NCBI GenBank assembly: GCA_965240325.2
Contig: OZ251241.1
Span: 1-64,000 of the forward strand
Reading direction: 5' to 3'
Length of the DNA stretch: 64,000 nt
DNA from: Rebecca billardiae RCC1528
Lineage: Eukaryota; Protista; Haptophyta
In this document: piece by piece, positions 47,644 to 60,534 of the stretch
How the letters are laid out: every line of letters starts with the position of its first letter
Numbering within the stretch: position 1 is the stretch's first letter
The notes under the pieces: generated by a model
Databases searched by the model: none
The model's input: the letters and a program-made list of their open reading frames with translations, nothing else
What the model was told of the DNA's origin: nothing
Made by a program: the position numbers and the translations under genes

Positions 47644-50600
47644 TTACAGCGGCGTGCACGTGCCGCACGCGCCGTCCGCGCCCGTGCAGAAGCCGATCTT
47701 GTTGTCGCCATCGATGCACAGGTGGCGCACCGAGCCGTCGCGCGTCGCGGTGTGCACGACGGGCCCGGTGAGCGTGATCGCGTCGGTCGACACGACGAGC
47801 TCGGACGCGCCCGCGGCGATCTCGACCGAGCCGGGTGCGCCCGAGGTGCTGCCGCCGGCGCTGAGCAGCACGCTGCCGCCCGCGCCCGAGTCGGACGAGC
47901 CCGCGGCGATCGTCACGTCGCCGCCGTCGCCCGAGGTCGCGGCGGAGCCGGCGGCCAGCTCGACGTCGCCGGCGTCGCTCGTCGCCGCCGAGCCCGAGCT
48001 GAGCTTGAGCGCGCCCGCGCCGCCCGCGCCCGTGGTCGAGCCCGCGCGCACGTTGACGGCGCCGCCCGCGCCGTCCGCCGCCGCGCCCGCCTGCACGGCG
48101 ACGTCGCCGCCGTCGCCCTGGTACGCGGCGCCGCCGTGCAGCATGAGCGAGCCGCCGTCGGCCGAGGTGCCCTCGAACGAGGGCGCGGCGGCGAGCACGA
48201 TGTCGCCCACGTCCGAGGCGTTGGTCGCGTTGTCCTTGACCGCGTTCAGGTTGACGCCGCCGACAAAGTCAAAGGTGCCGGTCTCGATGATGAGCCGGTC
48301 CGCCTCCACGTCGCCCGCCGCCGAGCCGACCTCGCCGCCCCCGATCTTCTCCCACTTGCCCGCGGCGCACACGACGGTCACGCCCGAGAAGCCGCCGTAG
48401 ATCGGGAAGACGTTGGCGCCGATGCGCGCCTTGTTGGCGGCCGTGCGCGCGGCCGTGGGCAGCTCGGGGCCGAAGATCTCGCGAGAGCCGTCGTGCGCGT
48501 ACACGGGCGTGGCCACGTCTGCGCGGCGCGCAGCGCGCGCGCAGCGGGCGGGGGCGAGAGGCGCGGCGCGGCGTGAGCGCGCAGCGGGCGCGCGCGGCGC
48601 GCGGCGGCGTGCGCGCGCGCACCGTCGTCGCCGAGCGCGGTGATCGAGAGCACCACGCCCGCGTTGGCCTCGGCGCAGCTCGGCGTCATGAGCGTCACCC
48701 AGCTGCAGCCGTCGAGCACGGCGGCGGTGGTGTTGACGAGCACGACCGAGAACGGGTCGGCGCTCGTGTCGAGCGAGACGACGCACGAGGCCGCGAGCGA
48801 GGTGGGCAGCACGTCCACGCGGTGCCGCGGCAGGCCCATCGCGCCGCCAAACCGGATCGAGTCCGCCCCGTCGGCGCCGAGCACGACGTCGCCGTGCACC
48901 TCCGCGCCGCCCGAGATGTGCGCGCCCATCGAGGCGGAGAGCGCGCCGCCCACGGCGAGGTGCGAGCCGACGTGCGCGCTGCCGCCGACGCTGAGCGTCT
49001 CGAAGAGGCGCACGTGGTCGGTGAAGTTGGACGCGGCGCTCACGAGCAGGCTGCCGCCAATCGAGGCGCCGCCGTTGAACGCCGTGTCGCCCGAGACGCT
49101 GAGGCCGCCGGCGAGGTCGAGCAGGTCGGCGGACGCGTCCCAGTGCACGTACGCCGCGCCCGACGTGCCGTACGCCGTGAGGTCCGCGCCCGCGCTCGCC
49201 GAGCCCGCCTCGACGCCGCCGCCAAACGCGCCGGGGCCGTCGGCGCGCACCGCGCCCGTCGCGCTGAGCGCGCCGCTCAGGCTGACGTCGCCGCTGAGCG
49301 AGACAGCGCCCGTCACGCCGAGCGCGCCGTTGAGCGCGAGGGCGTTCGTGTTGAAGTCCCACGCCACGTGCGAGCCCGGCGCCGCGCCGAACGCCTTGAA
49401 GTCGTGCCCGCTGCCCTCGGAGCCGAGCGTGAGGTCGCCGCCGACCGCCACGTCGGCGGAGAAGGCGGAGAGGCCCGTCACAGAGAGCGACGAGGCGATG
49501 GTGACGGTGCCGGCGATGGTGACCGCGCCGTCGAGCGCCGTCGCGCCGCTCACCTCGATGTCGCCCGTCACGTCCACGTCGCCGAGCAGCGCCACGTCGC
49601 CGCTCACCGACACGGCCGCCGTCACGTCGAGCACGTCGCCCGCAAACGAGACGGACGAGCCGGGGCTGGCGCCGTGCAGGGTCACGTCCGAGCCGGCGCC
49701 GTCCGCGCCGACGGTGAGCGCGCCGCCGATGGTCGCGCCGCCGCTGACCGTCGCGGCGCCGCCGACGCTCAGCCCCGCGCCCACGCTCGCCGCGCCGCCG
49801 ATCGTCGCGCCGCGGCTGACCGCCGCCGCGCCGCGCACGTCGAGCGTGTTGGTGGTCGACTCCCACTTGGCGAACGAGCCGGCGGCAGAGCCGTGCAGCG
49901 TCACGGCCGAGCCCTCGGCGGGCTCGCCGACGGTGAGCGCGCCGCCGACGGCGAGGGAGGAGGCGAGCGTGGCGGCGCCGCTCACGTCGATCGCGCCGTT
50001 CAGCTCCGTCGGGCCGACGATGCTCATCTGGCCGATCACGTCCACGTCGGAGGTGACGGTGAGCGTGTTGAGCGCGTACCGCACGGACGAGCCCGCGGCC
50101 ACGCCGTGCAGGGTCACGCCCACGCCCGCGCCGGGCGCGCCGGTGGTGAGCGCGCCGGTGATGGTGGTGGCGCGCAGCGCGGACGCGCCGGTGACGGAGA
50201 GCGAGCCCGCCGTCGCCGCGCCCGAGACGCTCGCGGAGCCGGTGATCGTCGTCGCGCCGCGCAGCGCGGTCGCGCCCGCGACGGTGAAGGTGTCGGTGCC
50301 GGGCGCCCAGCGCGCAAACGAGCCGCTGCTCGCGCCGTGCGCGAGGAGGGTGACGCCCGCCTGGCTGGCGCCGAGCGTGACGTCGCCGTTGAAGGTGACC
50401 GGCCCCTGCGGCGTGAACGCGCCCGAGACGCTCAGGTCGCCGTCCACCGCCGTGTCGCCGTTGAGGAACGTCTGCCCGTTCTGGTCGAGCTCGCCCGAGA
50501 TGGAGAGCGCGTTCTGCGACGCGTCCCACTGCACAAACTTGCCCGCCTGCGCGCCGTAGAGCAGCACGTCGAAGCCCGCGGCGTTGCGGCCGAAGGTGGC

Positions 50601-53600
50601 GCCGCGGCGCACGTTGAGCGCGCCGTCGACGAGCTCGAGGTCGCCCACCACGCTCAGGTCGCCGTCGATGTCCGAGTCCCCGCCGACGGACATGCCATTG
50701 TTGAGCACGTCCAGGTGGCCGGTCAGCTCCCAGTCGCCCACGACGCGGTGCGCGTTCGAGCCGGCGGGCGCGAGGAACTGGATGGTGCCGTAGACGTCGA
50801 GGCGGTTGGCGTCCTCGACCCACTCCATGAAGAGGCCCGGCTGGTTGCCGTACAGCGTCACCGTGAAGCCCGCGCCGTTCTCGCCCACCGTCAGGTCGCC
50901 GCCGACCGAGAGCTCGTTGCCGACGCTGAGCGAGCGCGCCACCTGCAAAGAGTTTGAGAAGGCGGCGGCGCCGCCCACGTCGAGCGAGCCGACGACGGTC
51001 ATGTCGCCGTCGCACGCGAGCGAGCCCTGGATGGAGAAGTCGCCGGTGAACGACGCGTCGCCCTCGATCACCAGGTTGTCCGTCGTCTGCAGCTGCCGGC
51101 GCGACGGGTCGTGCACGAGGCCGCCGTCCGTCTTGACGTACTCGCTCGGGCGGCGCAGCGCGACACGCTGCGCGCGCTCCTCGTCCGTCTCGTCGCGCAG
51201 CTCGCCGTCCTCCGCGAGGAGCTGGCGGCGGCGGCGCGCGCCGGTGATGGAGAGGGTGCCCGTGACGGTGAGGTCGTTGAACGTCGCCGCGCCCGTCATC
51301 GCCATGTCGCCCGTCACGGTGAGCAGCCCCGTGTGCTCAAAGTCGCCGCGCGAGCGCACGTCGCGCGTGTTGAGGATGAGCGCGTCCGCGTCGTAGTCCC
51401 ACTCGAGGTACGAGCCGGCCGTCGCGCCGTAGAAGCGCACGTTGTGCCCCGCGTCGTCGACGCCGACGTTGAGCTCGCCGCGCAGCGTCGTCGCGCCCGT
51501 GAGCGAGAGGTCGCCCGTCGCGACGATGTTGCCCTCCGTCTCGATGTCGCCGATCACGGTGAGGTCGCCCGTCTGGTCGATGCCGCCAAAGATGGTGAGC
51601 ACGTCCGCAGACCACTCGAGGTACGAGCCGGGGAGCGCGCCGAAGAGCTTGGTGGCGTGGCCCGAGCCGGCCGAGCCGCTGGTGAGCGAGCCGCGCAGCA
51701 GCGTCGCGCCGCGCAGCGTCGAGCCGCCCGTCACCTCGAGCGTGCTCGAGAGCGTCGCCGCGCCGCCGACCGCGAGCGTGCCGCCCAGCGCCGAGGCGGC
51801 GCTCACCGAGAGCGCGCCCGTGATCGCGAGCCGGTCCTGGTCCTCGTCCCAGAGCAGCTGCGAGCCCGAGGTCGAGCCGTAGAGGCGCACGTCGTGCCCG
51901 CCGCCCGCCGCGCTGCCCACCGTGAGCGTCGAGTCGACCGAGACCGCGCCGTTGAGCACGGCCGCGCCCTCGGCGGTGAGCGCGCCGCCGAGCACGTTGA
52001 AGCCGCCCTCCGCGCTCACCGACGGCCCCGAGAGCACAACGTCGCCGACGACGCGCAGCGTGTCGTCCGACGCGTCCCACCAGAGGTACGAGCCGGAGGA
52101 GGCGCCGTACGCGCGCAGGTCGGCGCCCGCCTCGTCCGCGCCGATCGTCGTCGCGCGCGCGATGCCGACCGTCGAGTCGAAGCTGGCCGCGCCGCCGACG
52201 GCCAGGCTGTCGCCGAGCGTGGCGGCGCTCGAGACGTCGAGCGCCGCGTCGATCGAGAAGCTCGAGCCGCTCGCCGAGACGTCGCCGGCGATGGTGACGG
52301 GGCCGGTCGCGTCGAGCTCGCCCCTGAGCTCGAGCTTGTTCGTGTTCCAGTCCCACAGCGCGTACGACGCCGGGTTAGCGCCGTACAGGTAGAGGTCAAA
52401 GCCCGAGCCGGGGGTGCCGACGCGCACGTTGCCCGTCACCTGCACCGCGCCCGTGATCGCGGTCGCGCCCGTCACCGAGACGGTGGCGGCGGAGACGACG
52501 ACGTCGCCGGTGAGCGTGAGGTCGCCGGTGAGCGTGAGGTCGCCGGCGAGCGAGGCATCGCCCGTGACCGAGAGCGCGCCGGCGATCGACGTGGCGCCCG
52601 TGATGCTCGTCGGCGCGGCGACGGCGAGCGCATCCGACGCAAACTCGAGCGAGACGCCCGCGCTCGCGCCGTGCAGGATCACGTCGTGGCCCGCGCCGTC
52701 CGCGCCGACGGTGAGCGCGCCCTGCAGCACGGACGCGCCGCTCATCGACAGGCCGCCCGCGCCGACGATCACGCCGCCCGCCGACAGCGCGCCGCCCACG
52801 CTCACGTCGGCCGAGACGCTCGCGCCGCCCTGCAGCTGCAGCTCGTCGTCCGAGGCCGCCCAGCGCAGGAAGGAGCCCGCGCTCAGGCCGTCGAACGTCA
52901 CGTCGTGCCCGCTCACGCTGAGCGCGCCGTCGACGGCGAGCGCGCCGCCGAGGCTCGACGCGCCGCTGACCGCGAGCGCGCCGCTCAGCGTCGTGGGCCC
53001 CGTCACGCCGAGCGCGCCCGTCTGCGCCACGTCGCCCTCGATGGTGAGCGTGTCGGCCGCGTACACGATGGCCGAGCCGGCCGACGCGCCCAGCAGCGTG
53101 GTCGTGCGGCCGGCGCCCACGCTCAGGTCGCCGTCGAGCGTGGTCGCGCCGCTGAGCGTGCTCGCGCCCGAGACGGCAAGCGCGCCGCCGAGCGCCACGT
53201 CGCCGCTCACGCCCATGCCGCCGCTCAGCGCCGCGTCGCCCGTGAGCTGCAGGGCGCCCTTGACGTCGAGCGTGTCCGTGTCCTCGTCCCACAGCAGGTA
53301 CGAGCCCGAGGAGCCGCCGTACGCGCGCAGGTTGTGGCCGGCGCCGCCGTCCGCGCCGAGGGTGAGCGAGCCGCTCAGGCCGACGTCGCCCGTGATGCTC
53401 GCGCCGCCGGCGGCGCTGAGCGCGCCGCCGACGCTGAGCGCGCCCGTGGTCGACGCGTCGCCGCCGAGGGCCGTGCTGCCGAGCACGCGCAGCGCGTTGG
53501 CGCCCGCGTCCCACTGCAGGGACGAGCCGCTGCTGAGGCCGTTGACGCGGAGCGAGGCGCCCACGCCGACCGCGCCGATCGTCGTGTCGCCGCCCACGCT

Positions 53601-56600
53601 GAGCGCGCCGTCGACGTCCGCGCCGAGCGCGACGGCGAGCGCGCCGCCGAGCGTCGCCGTGCCGCCGAGCGCGAGGCCGCCGCTCGCGGCCAGCGTGCCG
53701 GGCGAGCCCGAGACGGAGAGGCTGCCGTCGACGGACACGTCGGCGACGAGCGAGGCGGAGCCCTGGAGCTGCAGCGTGTTGGTGTTCTGGTCCCAGCTCA
53801 GGTGCGAGCCCGGCGCCGCGCCGTGCAGCACCACGTCGTGCCCGCTGCCGTCCGCGCCGACGGTGAGCGTGTCGAGCGCGGTGAGCGTGCCCTCGAGCGT
53901 GGTCGCGCCCGCGAGCACGACAGAGCCCGCGTCGACGTGCAGGTCGCCGACGACGGAGGTGGTGGCGGCGGTGAGCGAGATGGCGTCGCCGTCGACGGCG
54001 AGGTCGCCCGACACGGCGAGGTCGCCGACGATCGCCGACGCCCCCGTGATCGACACCGTCGCCGTCACGTCGAGCGCGTCGCCCGACAGCTGCACGCTCG
54101 CGCCGCCCGAGCCGTGCAGAGTCACGTCCACGCCCGACCCGGACGCGCCCACGGTGAGCGGGCCGGTGATGGCGACGGCGCCGCCGCCGAGCGTGGCGCC
54201 GGCGGTGGTGGTGAGCCGGCCGCCCACGCTCGCGGCGCCGCCGATCGTCGCCGTGCCGCTCACCGTCGCGTCGCCGCGCAGCTCGAGCGCGTCCGCGTCC
54301 GCGTCCCAGCGCAGGTGCGAGCCGCTCTCGGAGCCTTGGAAGAGCACGCCCCCGCCCGAGACGGACAGCCCGCCCGAGGCGATGGAGACGTCGCCGGTGA
54401 GGGTCGAGGGCGCGTTGACGGCGAAGGCGCCCGCCGAGACCGACACGCCCAGCGGCGTGTCCACCTCGAGCTTCCCCTCAATCATCGTCGCCGAGCGCAC
54501 GGTGAGCTGGTCGGCCGCGTACTCGAGCGAGGAGCCCGCAGAGGCGCCGTGCACGCGCAGGGGGACGCCCGCGCCCGCGCCGCCGAGGGTGACGTCGCCG
54601 CCGAGGAGCGTGGAGGGCCCGGTGAGCGTGATCCCGCTCGCCGCCGACACCTCGACCGACACGTCGTCCGCCGACGCGAGCGTCACCGAGCCCGCGCCCG
54701 TCGAGCCGCGGCCGCCGCGCAGCGTGACGGAGCCGCCGAACGAGCCGAGCGAGCCGTCCACGTCCGCGCCGCGCACGACCACGTTGCCGCCGGTGGTGCC
54801 GGTGGCGTCGGCGGGGGACTGGCCGGCGATGACGAGCTGGGAGGTGGGCGAGGTGGACGTCGTCGCGGCCGGCGTGAGCAGCACGCGCTCCGTGCCGTCG
54901 CCCAGCTCCACCGTGCCGGACGCGGGCGCGACGCGCACGGGCGCGCCCTCGGCCGAGCTGAGCGCGGTGCCCGCGCTCAGCGAGAGGCCGCCGCCCGGCG
55001 CGTCGACGGTGATGGCGTTGGTGGCGCGCAGCTCGAGCGCGTCGGCGTTGGTGATGCGCGGCACGGTGAGCACGCCCGCCTCGCTCAGCGAGAACGTGCC
55101 CGCCGCGTTGAACATCGACGTGCCCAGCTCGACGCCGCCGTCTCCGACTGAGAGCAGCGTCGCGCTCTGGTCTGACGCGAGGAAGGCCACGGTGCCGGCC
55201 GCGCCGCTGCCCTGGCCCGAGCCGGCCATCAGCAGCACGTCGCCGCCGTTGGCGTTGGTCGAGCCGACGCCGGCGTCGCCCGCGCGCAGCAGCAGCTCGC
55301 CGCCGTCCGTCTGGAACGCCGACGTCGCCGCGTCCGAGCCCGCCTGCCCCGCGAGCGTCGTGCGCGTCGGCTCGGCGCTCGCCGGCGGCCGGCCGAGCGT
55401 GGCCGCGCTCGCGCCGTCGCCCACGCGCACCTCGTGGCTGCCGGCGGAGTCGAGCGTGAGCGGCGTGGCCGCGCCGGCGGCGGCGGTGATCGTCGCGCCC
55501 GCCGAGAGCGTCACGCCCGCGTCCGCCGCGACGTCCACGCCGCCGCCCGCGCCCGCCGCCTGCACGGACGGCGTGGCGACCGAGCCGCTCGCCGAGACGG
55601 TGCCGGCCGAGAGCGCCGCGGCTTGGAGCGCGCCCGTCGAGCCCGTGGCGACGATCTGGTCGCCGACGCGGAGGGTCTCGGCGGTGAGCAGCCCGCTCAC
55701 CTCGGTCTGCGCGGCGTCGCCGTTCACCGAGAACGCGACGAGCGGCTCGCCGCCCTCGCTCGCCAGCGAGAGCGACGAGCCCTGCAGCACGAGCCCGCCC
55801 GCAAAGGTGGCCAGCCCGTCCACGCGCAGCTGCCCGCCCACAGAGAGGACGGCCGACGACGGGCCGTCGAGCGCGCCGGCGGAGAGCACGGGGTTGCCCG
55901 CGGCGGTGGTGACGTCGAGGGCGTACGCGTCCACCTCGCCGTTCACCGCGAGCTGCGCCAGGTCCGCCGTCGTGCTGCCGCTGATCGTCACCGAGTCGAG
56001 CGTGGCGCCCGCGATCGTGCCGCCCGAGAGCGTGTGCGCGCCGAGGGAGAGGTCCGAGCCGAGCGCGGCGGCGGAGAGCGAGGCGACGCCCGAGAGGACG
56101 CCGCCGGGGGCGAAGGAGGCGCCGTTGACGAGGACGGCCTGCGCACTCGTGACCGAGAGCTCGCCCGCGCCGCTGTGCGCCAGCGCCGCGTCCTCCCCCG
56201 TGAAGCTCAGCTCGGAGCCCACCTGCGCGCTCGTGAAGGCGGCGGGCGCGGGCTCCTCCGCGCCAATCGTCACGCCCTCCATGCTGCCGCCCACCAGCGC
56301 GGCGTTGAGCAGCTCGTGGCCCGCGGCGTCGAGGTCGGCGGAGAGCGCGTCGACGGCGAGCGCGGTGGCCGAGAGCGTGGTGAACGCACCCGTCGCGCGC
56401 GTCGTGCCGCCGATCACCACGCCGTCCGCCGTGCCGCCCGAGAGCGCGGCGTTGCTCACAACCTGCGCGCCCGCGTCGAGCGGCCCGCCGAGCGTCTGCG
56501 CGCGCAGCGTGGTGAAGGAGGCGGCGGCGGGCGTGGTGCCGCCGATGGTCGCGGCGTCGATGGTGCCGGCGCTGATCGCCGCGGCGGACAGCGTCGCGCC

Positions 56601-59600
56601 GCTCGCGTCGATCGCGCCGCTGAGCTTGCTCGGCGCGAGCGTGCCGCCGCTGAGCGTTGCGCCGCTCTCGAGCTCGACGCCGCGCACGCCGCTCAGCTGC
56701 GCGTCGCGGAAGGCCACGCCCTCGACCGAGACGAAGCCGTTGGTCGAGGCGAGCGAGAGGGAGGAGGCGGCGGAGGCGGCGGTGTGCTCGATCCGCGCGG
56801 ACGCCGACGTGAACGCCACCGACGTCGGCACGCTCACCGAGCCGTCGGAGAAGGCGACGTCCTCGACGCGCACGCTGCCCTCCGCGCCCACGATGCGCGC
56901 GGGCCCAGACGTGAAGCGCAGCTGGCCCGACAGGTCGAGGTCGACGATGCCGGAGACGTCGTTGTCCGGGCTGAAGGAGATGTCGAAGATCTCGACGCCG
57001 TGGGGCGATTGCAGCTGCAGCGCGCCCTCCGTCTCGCCGAACGTCTGCGCGCCCGAGACGATCAGGTCGCCCGCCACCTGGAGGTCGCCGTTGGTGCTGA
57101 GCGTGCCCGTGGCGAGCATCGTGCCGTCGGGGCGGAGCTCGAGCACCTTGCGGCCCTCGAGGTTGGAGGAGCCGTCGGCCGGGCGGTAGACGAAGAGGCC
57201 CTGCGACGCCTCGGCCTGCCGCACCTCCCACCCGTCGTCCGCGTCCGTGCTCGCCGCGACCACGAGCGACGCGCGCCCCGGGCCGAGCACGCTCGCCGTC
57301 GCCGTGCCGGTGGGGAGCAGCGCGCCCACGGAGAGGGCGGCCGCGCCGTCCGAGCGCACTTCCAGCGCGCCCTCGACGCTCGCGCCGCCGCCGAGCTGGG
57401 CGGCGCCGTCGACGGCGAGCGACGCGCGGGCGCGCAGGCTCGAGAGGACCGTCGTCTCCCCGCCGCCCGACGCGCCCACGTGCACGCCCGCGCCGCCCGC
57501 GCCGAGCACGAGCGCGGCGTCGTCCGCGCCGTCGATGGAGTCGACGACCTGCGCCCCGTGCAGCTGCACGGCCGAGGAGGCCGCGCCGAGCCGCACGACG
57601 CCGGCGGGGGAGCCGGCGCCGCCGTCGAGCACGAGCGCGCCGCCGGCCACGTCGTGCGCCGCCTCGCCGCCGCGCAGCACCAGGTCGCCCGCCGGCTGGC
57701 GCTCGAGCGCCGCCTGGCCGCTGATCACGGTGGCGGAGGTTGCAGCCGAGGCGGTGCGCCCAATCTCAAAGTCGAGGCCGGCCGTGTGCGAGAAGGTGAG
57801 CTCGCCGATGGCGACGGAGGTGTCGTCCGCGTCGGAGGCGCCGTCCTGGAGAGCGCGCCCGCGCCGCGTGCCGTCCGTGCTCCCGCCGAGCGTCAGCGTG
57901 CCCGCCGTCGCGCGGATCGACGAGCCGGCGATGCTCACGTCGCCCGCGCTCACGCCGGCCGCGCCGACGACGAGGGCGCCGCCCGCGATGCTGAGCGTCT
58001 GCCCGCCCGCGTTGAGCGCGCTCGCGGTGAGCGCGGCTGCGCGGCGGCGGGCGGGGCGGGCGGGGCGCGCGCGGCGCGCGGGCGGGGGGCATGGCGTGAG
58101 GACGGGCTCGCGCGCGCGCAGCACGGCGGAGGCCGCGGCGGCGCGCGCGCGCGCCGTCCGCCGCGCGAGCGCGGTGCTGCTGTGCGCGCTCTCTCACCAG
58201 TGCTGAGCTCATTCTCGATGGTGACCGCGCCGCCGATGGTGACGGCGCCGCACCCCTGCTGCGCGCTGCAGTCGCGGTTGATGTTGATGCCCTGCCCGTC
58301 GCCCGAGCTCAGCCGCAGCGCGCCCGCCGACGCGATGCGCGCCACGTTGACCGTCTCCGCGTCGAGCGAGGCGCCTGTGCCGAGCGTGATGCCGCCGCCC
58401 TCGACAATCATCCGGCTGCCCGGGATCACGCGCACGGCCGAGTCGGACGCGGAGGAGATGACGAGGGCGGAGGCGGAGCCGACGCCGTCGGTGATGAGCG
58501 AGTGGCCCGAGCTGATCTCCAGGTTCGCCGCCGTCACCTGCACCGAGCCGCCCCCCGGCTCGAGCTTGATCGACTTGTCGGCCGCGGACGTGAGCTTGAG
58601 CTCGGACGCGCCCGTGATCTCCTCGGCGCGCACGGAGCCGATCACGTCCAGGTTGGAGGCGACCTGCGTCTGCCCGTCGCCGCCGGGGGCGAGGGTGACG
58701 TTGGCGCCCGTGCCCGAGATCAGCGAGAGCTTCTCGTTCGAGAAGAGGCTCGGCGCGCTCAGCTTGTCCACGTCGATGTTGGTCGTGGTGAAGCCGCCCG
58801 TCTGCGCGCGCACAGACAGACACACAGGCGCGCGCACACACGGCACGGCGCGGCGGCGCGGCGCGGCGGCGCGGCGCGGCGGCGCGGCGCGGCGGCGCGG
58901 CGCGGCGCAGGACGGCGCGGGCGGGCGTGAGCGCGCGTGAGCGCGCGCGGGCGGGCGCGGGCGCGCGCGCGGCGGCGCTTCCTCTCGGCGCGCGCCCCGC
59001 GCCCCGCCGCCCGCCCCGCGCGCCGCGCCGCGCACCGCGAGCGGCGTGATCTGGTAGACGGCGGAGATGATGACGCCCCCAAACACGAGGAACAGCGCGT
59101 CGTTGATCAGCAGCAGCAGGAAGACGGCGAGCATGAGCAGCCGGCGCGTGCGCTTGGCGTCCTTCTTGGAGGCCTCGAGGAACGGGGCGAGGCCGGGCGG
59201 CGGCGCGCCCGGCGGCCCGCCGCCCGCGCCGCCGCCGCCCTGCATGGGGAACTGCGTGCGCCCCATGCCGTCGCCCAGCCCGGCGTCAGGCATGCCCTCG
59301 GCCGCGCGCCCGGCGGCGGTCGGCGGCGCGTTGAGCGGCGGCAGGCGGTTGCCGCGCGGGCCCGCGTCGTCGAGGCCGGCGCGCGGCTTGGGCGGCTGGC
59401 GGAAGCCGCGCACGCCGCTCCCCGAGCCCGGCGTGTACGCGTCCGCCTCGCCCGGCCCGCCGCGGAAGCCGCGCGGCCCGGCCGCGCGCGCGCGCGCCTC
59501 GGCCTCCGTCATCTCGACCGGGCCGGTGTCGTTGCGGAACTGGCCCTGCTGCCGGCCCGCCTGGCGGCCGGTGCCGCCGCGCACGGTGCGCGCGCCCGGC

Positions 59601-59992
59601 GGCGGCGCGCCGCCCTCCGCGCCGCCCTCGGCCACGCGGTACGCGCCGCCCGGGTTGTTGCGCGAGCGCGACGCGACGCGCGGCGGCGGCGTGCCGACGT
59701 CCGCGCCGGGCGGCGCGCCGCCGTCGATGCCGGTGGACTGCGTCGGCGTGACTTGGGTGTTGTACGCGCGCGAGCCCGCGCGCCGCCCGCCGCGCGGCGC
59801 GGGCGCGCCCCCGCCCGCCGACGGCGGCGGCGTCTGTTCCGCCGAGCTTGTGGGCCGCAGCGGCTCGGGCGTCGAGCCGCCGCCGCCCGTGTTGGCCATG
59901 CCCTCCGGGCCGACGCGCGAGCGGTAGCCGCGCGCACCGCGCGGAGGCGCGCTCTCCTCGCCGCCGCCACCTTCGGGCGGCCGCTCAGACAT
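47644..59992 (-). CDS. Giant (~3,950 aa) type II membrane-anchored Gly/Ala/Ser/Thr/Val-rich repetitive fibre-like protein; exons 59992-59036, 58801-58198, 58036-48623, 48518-47644
   Basis: Three GT-AG introns join three track ORFs in frame (11,850 nt). One TM near the N-terminus; ~22 recurring aromatic-containing repeats. Confidence 0.88.
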
Positions 59993-60534
59993 GGCTGGCC
60001 GGCGCGCGCGCGAGCTGGGGCTTTAAGCCCCTGGGCGCGGGAGAAGGTCGCCTAGCTCGTTGCTCGTTTCGCTCCCGGTCGGGCGGTGGGCGCACTGGGC
60101 GGCCAAGATGGCAACCAAAGCGCTCGACTCGTTCGCCGCCCGAAGCTCGTTAGGGGCGGCGTGTGCTTTTTTTGGCACATAGCCACGGGCGAGAAGGAAC
60201 CGTCGCGCCGCGCGGGTAAGCCCGCAGCTAGGCGGGCAGGTGAATGCGGGTGTGCCCCCCGCCTGCAATTAGCAAGCATGCGGGTGGCGCCCGCCAACGG
60301 CTCTATTGACGAGCTCGTAATCATCGGCCCTGATAAGCCAACGGACCGGTACTTCCGACGCAACGACCTAGGCCGCACACTCAACAAGTTGTCTCAAACC
60401 AATGGACCCTTCGAGGACTCCCGGTGGGAGTCCGGGTGGGAAGGTGCGCGTCCGGACTGCTTGCTGAGCCGCATGCGTGATGCAAGTCTTGCCGCGAGCG
60501 AGAGGACGTCCGTCCGTCCTCGTCAGGGCACGTG

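Noticed and set aside
47644-59992. Integrated prophage or endogenous virus
   Set aside because: The gene has spliceosomal introns and host-like composition, with no neighbouring capsid, integrase or replication genes.
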